From Macrostomum lignano (taxonomy: Eukaryota): a stretch of DNA of 64,000 nucleotides. The DNA is taken from assembly GCA_002269645.1 (NCBI GenBank), contig NIVC01002699.1, positions 62,001-126,000 of the forward strand, written 5' to 3'. This document shows positions 18,373 to 52,218 of the stretch, in pieces. A model generated the notes under the pieces. It did no database searches, was not told where the DNA came from, and saw only the letters and a program-made list of their open reading frames with translations. The first letter of the stretch is position 1, and each line of letters begins with the position of its first letter. The translations under genes and the position numbers were made by a program.

Positions 18373-21300
18373 TCAGTGAGATTCAACAGCTCTACTGCTA
18401 GTAGGCATTCCGCTTTCGCCATTCTGTTTGCCGTCGACTCCGCCGCCGCTGCCTCTGTTCCGTCGGGGTCGAACAGTCTTTCCTGCAGCAAACGGATTGA
18501 CGTCCTTATCATGCTGCGTCTTCGATTGCTGCTTCTGCTGCTGTTGCTGAGGCTGCTGAGGTGGCGTTGTGACCACGTAGGCCTTGCTTGTCTCCTGACT
18601 GTTCCTGAGATCTTTCTCCTCGTCCTGCGTCAGTCTCCGAATCGTGTAGGTCTGGTGCGTGCCCGGCCGTTGGCTCTGCTCCGTCGGGCCCTGCACCCGG
18701 CCCAGAATCTCGTGCATCCGGTCCTGATTGGTCTTCATCAGGGTGTACCGGCGCTCCAGTTTGCGCTTCTCAGCTCGAAGCCTAGTCAATAGTTGATTAG
18801 CCTTCTCCAAATTCACCCTACTCGTCTCCGAATAGATTACAAAGCTGGACTTAACCTCCAGTTCCAGGCTAAACTGAGACTGCTTGATGTCTAAGCTGTA
18901 CTCCAGCAGTTTGAGCTCTCGATACAGATCAATCATCACGGGCTCCATCGCTTTGAGCTCCTCTTCTAGTTCTCGATATCGTTGCGTGTTTTTAATAGTG
19001 TTCTCCAAGCGCTCCATCAGATCTTTGCGCTGCTCGATCTTGGCTTTGTACCGCTCGCCGAGCTCGTTCTTGTGCTTCTCAAGGCTCTCCGAGTCTCCGT
19101 ACATATCGGCTACTCGTTTCTCTCGCGCTTCCAGGAACTGCAGATCGGCCTGGTGAATATTGACCGAGTGCTCCTGGCGGCGGATGTCCCGCTCCTTCTG
19201 CTCGATGTGCCGCATCAGGGCGGTCATCTTCTCCCGATAGTTGGCTATTGGCGCTGGAGCGTCTCTGCCGCCGTAGATTCTGGTGGCCTGCTGCCACCAC
19301 AGGCGTGCTAGCTGCAGACTTTTCTGACACTTCACGAACAGATCAGGGGTGGCGCGGAGCAGGATGTAAACAGGATCGGAGGGCGGCAGGCCGCGCAGCT
19401 CGACCTCACTGTCGGCGTCGAATAGTGCCGGATCGATCGGGCCCTCCGTGTTGACGATGCTGCCCCAGCGAGCATTGATGTCGTACAGCTGTTCGACGGC
19501 GTAGGCCAGCTGCTCTCGGTCTGTGAGCTGCTCAAGGTCGAGTCCGTAGCGGAAACTGCTGCCGCCAGCAGTTGCAGCTCCTTTTCTGTGACTGTTCGAG
19601 CCGGCGGCTTGTCTGAAAAGTCAGTGTGAATAGCCCTAGCCGCATGGGATTGCATTGTCTAATATATATCTGATTCTGTATGTACTTTCGGTCAGCCTAG
19701 TGTCAAGGATTGATGTGTGTCTTAGACAGAGGATGTCGTAGTCTTAGGATGGAGGTGTGTGCTAGTCTACTGATGAGCAGAGGACGTCGTAGCCTAAGGA
19801 TGGAGGTGTGTGCTAGTCTACTGATGATCAGAGGACGGCGTAGCCTAAGGATGGAGGTGTGTGCTAGTCTACTGATAATCAGAGGACGTCGTAGCCTAAG
19901 GATGGAGGTGTGTGCTAGTCTACTGATGAGCAGAGGACGGCGTAGCCTAAGGATGGAGGTGTGTGCTAGTCTACTGATGAGCAGAGGACGGCGTAGCCTA
20001 AGGATGGAGGTGTGTGCTAGTCTACTGATGATCAGAGGACGTCGTAGCCTAAGGATGGAGGGGTGTGATCTTAATCAGGTCGCTCATGCAGATTGAATCA
20101 TGATTTTTAATTACTTATCGCGATTCGACTCTTGCTTCTGATCAGTCTCAGCCTCCTCGTCCTCCTCGTCATCGTCTCTCATTTGCTGTTGCGTCAGAAA
20201 GAACGCCGAGCTGCCATCGCCGCCATCGTCGTTGGCCTCGTCAATAAGCAGGTCGCTCGGATCGTAATAAAACCTGTACAGAGTGGAGTAGATTCTCTCG
20301 TCGAAGTAGCGCTTCAAATGCCTCATGTACTGCAGGTCGCGCAGGAAAGTCTCAGCCTGATTAGCCAAGGCGGTTTCGCTTTGGCTTTTCTGGCTGCGAC
20401 GTTTCAAACGCATCAAAGAGTCGCGGAGTCGTTGGACAGAGTCCAAATTCGACGTCGAGTGCTGCTGCTGCAACGGTTGCGCCTGCTGTTGAGCGGCAGG
20501 TCGCGGCGTCTCGGGACTCGCCCTCAGTCGCGGGTCGATCTTCTTTGGCGACGATGGAAAGGGCGGATCGGCCAGACGAGACAGCATTCGTCGGGTTCGT
20601 TCGACTGAGAAGCGAGATACGGCGTGGTTGACCAGCTTTTCAAAGGCCTCGATCTGCTTGTCAGTGTTGTCGCGAGCGTTTTTGTCGTTGGTTGTCAGCT
20701 CGTGGCCCAGCAGCTGCAATGACGGTTGGTGGGTGATTTAGGCATTGGCATTGGCAGCTTGGAAAGCAATGAACAGTGCTCACTGTAGCATCGATGAGTC
20801 TTCAACAATCAACAGTGCTCACTGTAGCATCGATGAGTCTTCAACAATCAACAGTGCTCACTGTAGCATCAATGAGTCTTCAACAATCAACAGTGCTCAC
20901 TGTAGCATCGATGAGTCTTCAACAATCAACAGTGCTCACTGTGGCCTCGATGAGTCTTCAACAATCAACAGTGCTCACTGTGGCCTCGATGAGTCTTCAA
21001 CAATCAACAGTGCTCACTGTAGCATCAATGAGTCTTCAACAATCAACAGTGCTCACTGTAGCATCGATGAGTCTTCAACAATCAACAGTGCTCACTGTAG
21101 CATCGATGAGTCTTCAACAATCAACAGTGCTCACTGTAGCATCAATGAGTCTTCAACAATCAACAGTGCTCACTGTAGCATCGATGAGTCTTCAACAATC
21201 AACAGTGCTCACTGTAGCATCAATGAGTCTTCAACAATCAACAGTGCTCACTGTAGCATCAATGAGTCTTCAACAACGAACAGTGCTCACTGTAGCATCG

Positions 21301-21516
21301 ATGGGTCTTCAACAATGAACAGTGTTCACTGTAACACAGACTGGTCAGTGTCGACTGATCACAGATTTGACTCAACTTACCAGCTGCACTCTGCCAGCGA
21401 ATGTGTCAATTCCATCAAGTTCGCTATACAACTGTTCCAGCTCTGCATTGTCTTCTATCATGTCTACTTCCATTTTTTTCTCTCCAATTGCGCTATCTAA
21501 GCTATCTAATCTGGAT
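18373..21516 (-). CDS. Uncharacterised coiled-coil protein, 3' exons join(21381-21516,20115-20713,18373-19612); 5' end not resolved
   Basis: Phases match across CTG|gtaagt..ttgcag|CTG (0) and GATAA|gtaatt..tttcag|A (2). The 19612-19336 segment reads in frame into the 18373-19335 ORF. Long E/K/R/Q/L heptad-like stretch; no family recognised. Confidence 0.75.
19715..20062. repeat. 51-bp minisatellite filling an intron of the coiled-coil gene
   Basis: Unit AGGATGGAGGTGTGTGCTAGTCTACTGATGATCAGAGGACGTCGTAGCCTA, ~7 copies. Confidence 0.93.
20770..21335. repeat. 39-bp minisatellite filling an intron of the coiled-coil gene
   Basis: Unit AACAGTGCTCACTGTAGCATCGATGAGTCTTCAACAATC, ~14 copies. Confidence 0.95.
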
Positions 21517-22214
21517 CTTTTAGTAGCAAAATAAATGCAGATCTGACATGGACAGATTTTTAATAAATTTATACACACTGGAATTCACACTTTTCTTTCT
21601 CTGGGATGAGAAGGGGGTGGCTTGGGTAAAGGACTTATTATTAACGGAATTGTTGAGGCCTGAAGCTTAGAGGCGAGAGTGAGATGGCGTGCTGTCAGGG
21701 GGAGAGGCTGGGGGCAGAGGTTGAAGTCGTGTGCAGGGTGACATCAAGAGACAGAGACCAAATATTGGGGCAGCCACTTCAGATGGGCGCACAGCCGAGT
21801 CTAAAATGAGCTCAGCTCGTTCTTAGCCAAAACCCACCGCAGCACACACTCTCAAGATCTCTGCTCTCCACCCTCCTCTCTCTCTCTCCTCTCTCCTCAC
21901 CTCTTCACTCTGCCTTTTCATTTGCATTCTATTTACTGTGCCGTTCAACCCAGTCACTATTGGCAACCGAGTGCTATAAACTGTTTGCACCCACCTCACC
22001 CTCCCCACACCTTCCCTACGGCCAACACTTACTGACAGATTGTGCTTCATATTTATACAAGTTTAGTACTTGTTCTCAGTTTAGCAAGTGGCTATGCACT
22101 ATTGAGAAGCTGGATGCCGTAACAAGGGTGACACACTAATGCAGGGGCGTACACAGGAATTTTAAATGGAGGGGACCGCAACCCTGAGGGGCACCAATGT
22201 TTGGTGACTTGATG

Positions 22215-23700
22215 GGCGCCCCTATCTCTTGGTGGGCGTTACTGTCTCTTGGTGGACACTCCTGTCTCTCGGAGGACAGCCCTATCTCTTGGTGGGCGTT
22301 ACTGTCTCTTGGTGGACACTCCTGTCTCTCGGAGGACAGCCCTATCTCTTGGCAGACACCCCTGTCTATTGGTTGACACACCTGTCATTTGGCGGACACC
22401 CCTGTCTCTTAGTGACATCCCTGTCTCTTGTTGTACGTCCCTGTCTCATACCCATATTGGTGGACACCCATATTTCTTGACGGACACCCCGTCTCTTGAC
22501 GGACACCCCTCTCTCTTGGTGACATCCCTGTCTCTTGACGGACATCCCTGTCTCTTGACGGACACCCCTGTCTCTTGGCGGACTCTCCTGTCTCTTGGAG
22601 GACACCCCTGTCTCTTGACGGACACCCCTGCCACTTGTTGGACACCCCTGTCTCTTGGCGGACACCCCTGCCACTTGTTGGACACCCCTGTCTCTTGACG
22701 GACACCCCTGCCACTTGTTGGACACCCCTGTCTCTTGATGGACACCCCTGTCTCTTGGTGGACACCCCTGTCTCTTGGCGGACACCCCTGTCTCTTGGCG
22801 GACGCTCCTGTCTCTTGGCGGACACCCCTCCTGTCTCTTGACGGACACCCCTGTCTCTTGTTGGACACCCCTGTCTCTTGGCGGACGCTCCTGTCTCTTG
22901 GAGGACACCCCTGTCTCTTGACGGACACCCCTGCCACTTGTTGGACACCCCTGCCACTTGGCGGACACCCCTATCTCTTGGTGGACACCCCTGTCTCTTG
23001 GCGGACACCCCTGTCTCTTGGCGGACACCCCTGCCACTTGTTGACACCCCTGTCTCTTGACGGACACCCCTGTCTCTTGGTGGACACCCCTGTCTCTTGG
23101 CGGACACCCCTGTCTCTTGGCGGACGCTCCTGTCTCTTGGAGGACACCCCTGTCTCTTGACGGACACCCCTGCCACTTGTTGGACACCCCTGTCTCTTGA
23201 CGGACACCTCTGTCTCTTGGTGGACACCTCTGTCTCTTGGTGGACACCCCTGTCTCTTGGCGGACACCCCTGTCTCTTGGCGGATATCCCCGTCTCTTGA
23301 CGGACACCCCTGTCTCTTGATGGACACCCCTGTCTCTTGGTGGACACTCCTGTCTCTTGGTGGACACCCCTGTCTCTTGGCGGACACCCCTGTCTCTTGG
23401 CGGACGCTCCTGTCTCTTGGAGGACACCCCTGCCACTTGTTGGACACCCCTGTCTCTTGACGGACACCCCTGTCTCTTGGTGGACACCCCTGTCTCTTGC
23501 CGGACGCCCCTGTCTCTTGACGGACACCCCTGTCTCTTGGTGGACACCCCTGTCTCTTGTTGGACACCCCTGTCTCTTGGCGGACACCCCTGTCTCTTGG
23601 CGGACACCCCTGTCTCTTGGTGGACACCCCTGTCTCTTGGCGGACACCCCTGTCTCTTGGCGGATATCCCCGTCTCTTGGCGGACACCCCTGGTCTCTTG
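22215..23700. repeat. 20-bp minisatellite (GGACACCCCTGTCTCTTGGC) with variant units
   Basis: Direct reading; source of about a dozen overlapping spurious ORFs. Confidence 0.95.
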
Positions 23701-24495
23701 ATGGGCGCCCTTGCAGCTCTGACTGAGTGACACATTAGTAGGCATTATCTGAATGTCTAATTCATGCAACAGAACTATTTAAATCTTACCTTCTTTGACA
23801 ACATATCGTCCCATTCTTTCCGAGAAACCATCTGCAAAAGCAGAAGATCAAGAATAATGTGCGAAACTGCTATAAAGCAACACCGTAGGTCTTTCTGCTA
23901 TACCAAAATATCCCTATTACAAGCTAATGCCACGCGACAATGCTATGCCCATGTCTCGTATATAACTAGAAATAAGACGAATTTTCTATCTGTTGCTAAT
24001 GGCAACTAAAGCGGCTTTGCTACTCCTCTCTTCTCCTCTCTCTCTTTTTATTGCTCCCCCGCTGGGGGCCTCCGAAAATGCGAGACCGAAGCTCTCGGTT
24101 GAAGGGAAGGCAGAAAGAGAAGGAGTAGGAGGAGAGAGAACAGGTTCTGGGAGCTGAGCAGGCAGGAGTTCAGATACTGATGCAGCAAATAGTTGCTTCC
24201 TGTACCGCCAGAGCTCTCTGTCTCTCCGCTTCTCTCCTGCCTGCCCTCTCCACATGTGCATGTGCTGTGTGGTTTCCCTTGGCACAAGCTTTCCTATGAG
24301 ATGGAAACAGTGTGCATGAGTTTAGCTACAGGCATACAGGTTGGCCCCGTGTTTCTTGCTGTATTTTATTGGTGTGTAATTAGAGTTGTTTCACTGCGTA
24401 ATTTGCAATCTGTACGGCTGCTTTGCATTTTGAGATACGAGCTATGAGAAGCAAGTTTGAGTTCGGGTAGAAATAGGGGCCTTAGCCAGAGTGAG

Positions 24496-24741
24496 TGGTG
24501 CTGGCGCCCCTGGTGCTGGCGCCCCTGGTGCTGGCGCCCCTGGTGCTGGCGCCCCTGGTGCTGGCGCCCCTGGTGCTGGCGCCCCTGGTGCTGGCGCCCC
24601 TGGTGCTGGCGCCCCTGGTGCTGGCGCCCCTGGTGCTGGCGCCTCTGGTGCTGGCGCCCCTGGTGCTGGCGCCCCTGGTGCTGGCGCCCCTGGTGCTGGC
24701 GCCCCTGGTGCTGGCGCCCCTGGTGCTGGCGCCCCTGGTGC
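24496..24741. repeat. 15-bp near-perfect tandem (GGTGCTGGCGCCCCT), ~16 copies
   Basis: Direct reading; one variant unit. Confidence 0.97.
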
Positions 24742-24891
24742 CAAAGCATTCTATTCTATTTTTAAAAAGGTTCAGTTTTCTAAAGGTACGATCCTATTAT
24801 CTGTCAGTGAATGCGGTAGCCTCTCAGCGGACGGTGGTCAAAAGTGAACTGTGCTCAGTCCTCCTTATCGCGTTCATGTTCATGTTCATTA

Positions 24892-25068
24892 TGGTGCTAG
24901 CAAGTCAGTTTAGGGAGAGATAGGAGTGGGTGACTAGTTAGGAGTGAGTGACTAGTTCGGAGAGAGTGACTAGTTAGGAGTGAGTGACTAGTTGAGAGTG
25001 AGTGACTAGTTAGGAGTGAGTGACTAGTTAAGAGTGAGTGACTAGTTTGGAGAGAGTGACTAGTTAGG
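24892..25068 (+). repeat. Dispersed cassette copy 1: unique leader plus 18-bp GGAGTGAGTGACTAGTTA array
   Basis: Leader TGGTGCTAGCAAGTCAGTTTAGGGAGAG is identical to the one at 29554. Confidence 0.85.
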
Positions 25069-25072
25069 TGTG

Positions 25073-25539
25073 AGAGGAGAGGAGAGGAGAGGAGAGGAGA
25101 GGAGAGGAGAGGAGAGGAGAGGAGAGGAGAGGAGAGGAGAGGAGAGGAGAGGAGAGGAGAGGAGAGGAGAGGAGAGGAGAGGAGAGGAGAGGAGAGGAGA
25201 GGAGAGGAGAGGAGAGGAGAGGAGAGGAGAGGAGAGGAGAGGAGAGGAGAGGAGAGGAGAGGAGAGGAGAGGAGAGGAGAGGAGAGGAGAGGAGAGGAGA
25301 GGAGAGGAGAGGAGAGGAGAGGAGAGGAGAGGAGAGGAGAGGAGAGGAGAGGAGAGGAGAGGAGAGGAGAGGAGAGGAGAGGAGAGGAGAGGAGAGGAGA
25401 GGAGAGGAGAGGAGAGGAGAGGAGAGGAGAGGAGAGGAGAGGAGAGGAGAGGAGAGGAGAGGAGAGGAGAGGAGAGGAGAGGAGAGGAGAGGAGAGGAGA
25501 GGAGAGGAGAGGAGAGAGGAGAGGAGAGGAGAGGAGAGA
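25073..25539. repeat. (GGAGA)n microsatellite
   Basis: Direct reading. Confidence 0.97.
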
Positions 25540-25934
25540 GTCAGGAAAACCAACTTAAAGCTATTCCAGACGGAAATATAGAAAATAAACATTGAATACT
25601 ACTTATTTCCGATGTATTTTAGTAGCAGGTTCAGCGAAACGCATCGTTGACAAGCAAGATTAGAATGCACGATAGTTCGTTATCAAATTAAAACACCTTT
25701 GCAATGAATAGTTATACTTTATCATGTGTCTCAACTCAAAGAATTAAAATATTACAAATTAATTGCATCATTTCAGACAAAATTTCAGTGGAGACAGCTC
25801 AGGTTATGATCCTGACTGTACATTAAGAAGCTACCATGCTTGCATAGAAATACTATTAAATCTTACTAAAATTTTTACTTACGTTATGATTTACATTTAG
25901 ATACCGTGTATTTTCGCCGGGGAATATTTTATTT

Positions 25935-26700
25935 TAATGGGGATTTCCCTTAGATACGGGTGTTCGTGCTCCCACTTCAGAAACGGGATTCTCCTTACAA
26001 ATCGGATTTCCTTTTAAGAGATAGGACTTTTCCTAACAAACGGAGTTTCCCTATAGAAACGGAACTTTCTATAGAAACTGGATTTCCTTATAGAAACGAG
26101 GTTTCCTTATAGAAACGAGATTTCCCAATAGAAACGGGATTTCCTTATAGAAACGGGATTTCCCAATAGAAACGAGATTTCCCAATAGAAACGGGATTTC
26201 CCAATAGAAACGGGATTTCCCAATAGAAACGGGATTTCCCAATAGAAACGGGTTTTTCCTATAGAAACGGGATTTCCCAATAGAAACGGGTTTTTCCTAT
26301 AGAAACGGGATTTCCCAATAGAAACGGGGTTTTCCTATAGAAACGGGATTTCCTTTTAGAAACGGGATTTTCCTAAAGAAATGGGATTCCCAATAAAAAC
26401 GGTTTTTCGCATAGACACTGGATTTCCCAATAGAATCAGGATTTCCCAATAGAAACGAGATTTCCGTATAAAACTGGATTTCACAATAGAAACGGGATCT
26501 CCATACACAAACTGGATTTCCTTTAGAAACAAGATATTCTTTTGAAAAGGGATTCCTCTTAAAACGGGAGTCCACTTACAAACGGGATTCACCTTCAGAG
26601 ACGGAACTTACCCTCGCATTCGGGATTTCCCTATAGAAACAGGATTTCTTTTTGAAACTGGATGTCAATTCAGAAACGGGACTTCCTCATACAGACAGGC
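25935..26700. repeat. 19-bp minisatellite (TAGAAACGGGATTTCCCAA), degenerate at both edges
   Basis: Direct reading. Confidence 0.88.
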
Positions 26701-26797
26701 TTTCCACTATAAAAACTGTCATTGCAGTGCAGTGTTTACAGTTTAATCAGTGTTAGAATTTGAAATGCAACCCTGCTTGAGCAGCTCAGGCAGTTGG

Positions 26798-46602
<19,805 letters not shown>

Positions 46603-47894
46603 GTTCCTCCGGATCGTACGCTGCCGCCAGCTGCTGCAGCTGCTGCCGTTGCTGCTCAAGATCGGAGAGTTGACCTGAGAACGGCGAGTGGAGTGGGCTC
46701 TTGCTGCGATGCGTCTCAAACTGATACAGCACAGTACAGTAGGCGCCAACCCTTTTTAGCGCTCTTGACGCAATATTTGGCGACTCCTGACCCACATTTT
46801 GGCACAAAGGACTCTGGCATCACGGCCGTTGGTTTGATTCGGTTCGATTCGGTTTGGGCTTGTGCGTGCACGAAGATTGGGCCTCAATGGTTCATACTCC
46901 CGAGTATTATAATCTTTCGCGTCTTTTGCCACTGCGCAAGCTTTCATCTCAGTTTTAGCCTCACATGAGAATAGCTCAGAGCAAGCAGCTCACTCTGGAA
47001 CACTTTCGCCTGTCGTGCTTGTCAAATTCCTCTGAAAACTCCACTAACTGATGAACTGCTCATTCAGACTCTCTCTCTCTCGCCTCTTCTCTCACTTCTT
47101 CTCCCATACAGAGAAGGTAAAGCATGTAGTTTAGCAGTTGTATTTCCCGTTCACCAGCGCGCCAACGCTGTGGCAAAGCTATGAAAAAAAATTGCTCAAT
47201 GAATTTTCGCTTACCCAACCCAGTCAGCCACCCCCCACTGGGGCAAAGTCTGATGGCTCTCTTTAACGGGGGCTTTTTTGTTGTAAGCGAAGAAGGCGAG
47301 TTGAGCAGCCAAAACAGTCGGGCACAATGCGACCCTCCCCCAACCCAATCCCCAACTCCCCCTTTTCTTCTCCTGCCAATGGGAAAGCGTGGATCGATTT
47401 CTTTAAAGATTTCCCCAAGGCGTTAATTAACGGTAGGGGAGAAGAATCCCAGTTGCGGCTGTATGCGAAAGCGCACTATATAATATCCCCATGCAACCCC
47501 CCCCCCAGACATCGGCCGGCAACTGTCGGCTTGATTTTTATCCCATTTCCTTTTTCCTCTTCCATTTTTTCTACACAACCCCCCCCCCCCAGGAGAACTG
47601 GCATGTAGTCCTGAGAGAGTCTGGCACGGTAGCTTTTGGCGTCACAAGTACCCCTCATCCACACTTTCTCCGATACCCCACCCAAACAGACCCCAACCCG
47701 CTCCTGTCCAGAATCCCCCTTCGTGCTTTGCCAATGACTTGCTTCCAGTCGTTGAGTTGAGTTGAGAAACGATTTTCTTTAAAAAGCGGGCTGCATGGGC
47801 AAACGGTATGGATTGGGATATTTTTAGTACAAAAAGTGGCATACACCTTGCCGGTTGACGAGGAAAGCTTTTACTCTGAAAGGAGCTTGTCTGG

Positions 47895-50352
<2,458 letters not shown>

Positions 50353-51224
50353 TAAAGAAAAACAGCTGATTCAGCCTCCCATAAGCAGACCCTGCATAAA
50401 TCAACTCTACACAAACATCAGTGGAGATGCCGCCATCCCCCCAGCAAAGCCAAACATGAGAAGCCTCAATCCATTGCCCGAGTGCTTCCAGCAGCCGGTA
50501 TCCCTGTTTGCTGATGGTAACTTTTTTAGCTTTAAGTAAACCGCGCTGAGGCAGCCCGAGCCGTCTTCCTGGTCAAGCGAGTCTCTGCATGACCAATAGA
50601 AAATTCCCAGTGGGAAAATTAACTAAAAACAGAACACTGACCGGGACCTCATAATTTTGGACACATTCAAACAAAACTTAGCACAAGAACTTCATTTCAC
50701 TTACCAGCGTTTTTATGGCAAAATTATTTCATGTTGCAATTCATTTTGCTTCTAAAAAGAAACCGTGTTTCAATCAATGATATATATTAATCGGATTATG
50801 AATTGTTGTTGAAAATGGCTCAGAGGCAAGAGACAGTAGTGAGAGAGATTAGAGCAAGGAGGGCCGGTGCACTTCTTGCAGTTGCTGTTGCAGTTGCAGC
50901 TAAAAAATAGTGCGGGGAGGGTAGCTTTTGGCCCAATCCCCACTAGCTGCCGACTTTTCCCCACTCCCTCTAATCCCTCCCCCTCTCTCTCCCTCCAGTC
51001 ACAGCGCTGCAATTCTCAACTTTGAATTGTCAAACTGCGCGGCAACTTGATTGGTTGAATAGCTATCAGACTGCAGTGCGTGACTCACCGGGCCGCTGCA
51101 ATATTGCGGCACAGTCCGCATTCGTGAGAACCGTCATTTGTTTCCTCAATTCTGGTGTCTCCAAGCAGCTTAACCCTGAAGATATGGTTTATGGGTCCTT
51201 CTTCCACTCTCCTGTCTCTCTATC

Positions 51225-51945
51225 CAACTCTCCTGTCTCCCCTCTCTACCTCTCCTGTCTCCCCTCTCTACCTCTCCTGTCTCCCCTCTCTACCTCTCCT
51301 GTCTCCCCTCTCTACCTCTCCTGTCTCCCCACTCTACCTCTCCTGTCTCCCCTCTCTACCTCTCTTGTCTCCCCTCTCTACCTCTCCTGTCTCCCCTCTC
51401 TACCTCTCCTGTCTCCCCTCTCTACCTCTCTTGTCTCCCCTCTCTACCTCTCTGTCTCCCCTCTCTACCTCTCCTGTCTCCCCTCTCTACCTCTCTTGTC
51501 TCCCCTCTCTACCTCTCCTGTCTCCCCTCTCTACCTCTCCTGTCTCCCCTCTCACCTCTCTTGTCTCCCCTCTCTACCTCTCCTGTCTCCCCTCTCTACC
51601 TCTCTTGTCTCCCCACTCTACCTCTCCTGTCTCCCCTCTCTACCTCTCTTGTCTCCCCTCTCTACCTCTCTTGTCTCCCCTCTCTACCTCTTCTGTCTCC
51701 CCTCTCTACCTCTCCTGTCTCCCCTCTCTACCTCTCTTGTCTCCCCTCTCTACCTCTCTTGTCTCCCCTCTCTACCTCTCTTGTCTCCCATATCTACCTC
51801 TCCTGTCTCCCCTCTCTACCTCTCTTGTCTCCCCTCTCTACCTCTCCTGTCTCCCCTCTCTACCTCTCCTGTCTCCCATATCTACCTTTCCTGCCTGCCA
51901 TATCTACCTCTCCTGTCTACCATCTCCACCTCTCCTGTCTCCCTA
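51225..51945. repeat. 22-bp pyrimidine-rich minisatellite (TCCCCTCTCTACCTCTCCTGTC)
   Basis: Direct reading. Confidence 0.93.
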
Positions 51946-52218
51946 ATTCACTTCTTCTGTCTTTTGTTTTCTGAATATTGCAACAAAAAATTCCAGTGGC
52001 GACTACAGGAATTTGCGGAGTTGCAAAATTTCCATCTTGAAAATATCCTGACTGGATAACGACACATTCAATCTGACAAGGGTGACAAGCATTGTGCTGA
52101 AAAATAAGCGATAGAAACCTCTGTCAAGAACATTCTTAAATAGAGAGTTGAACTGGAAGGGGATTAAGGATATTTTAGTGACAAAGTGATTAACGACCTT
52201 TCGACCTTTTATAGAGTA

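Noticed and set aside
23986-24290. Candidate upstream exon of the coiled-coil gene
   Set aside because: Two frames look equally plausible and I found no phase-compatible donor, so it was left out of the model.
22136-25592. Many overlapping repetitive ORFs (RQGCPPRDRGV, GAPAP/collagen-like, ERRGE)
   Set aside because: They are translations of the 20-, 15- and 5-bp arrays in several frames on both strands.
51995-52015. TGGCGAC primer-binding-site-like motif near the LTR
   Set aside because: It lies ~210 bp outside the TSD-defined boundary, so it is not adjacent to the LTR.
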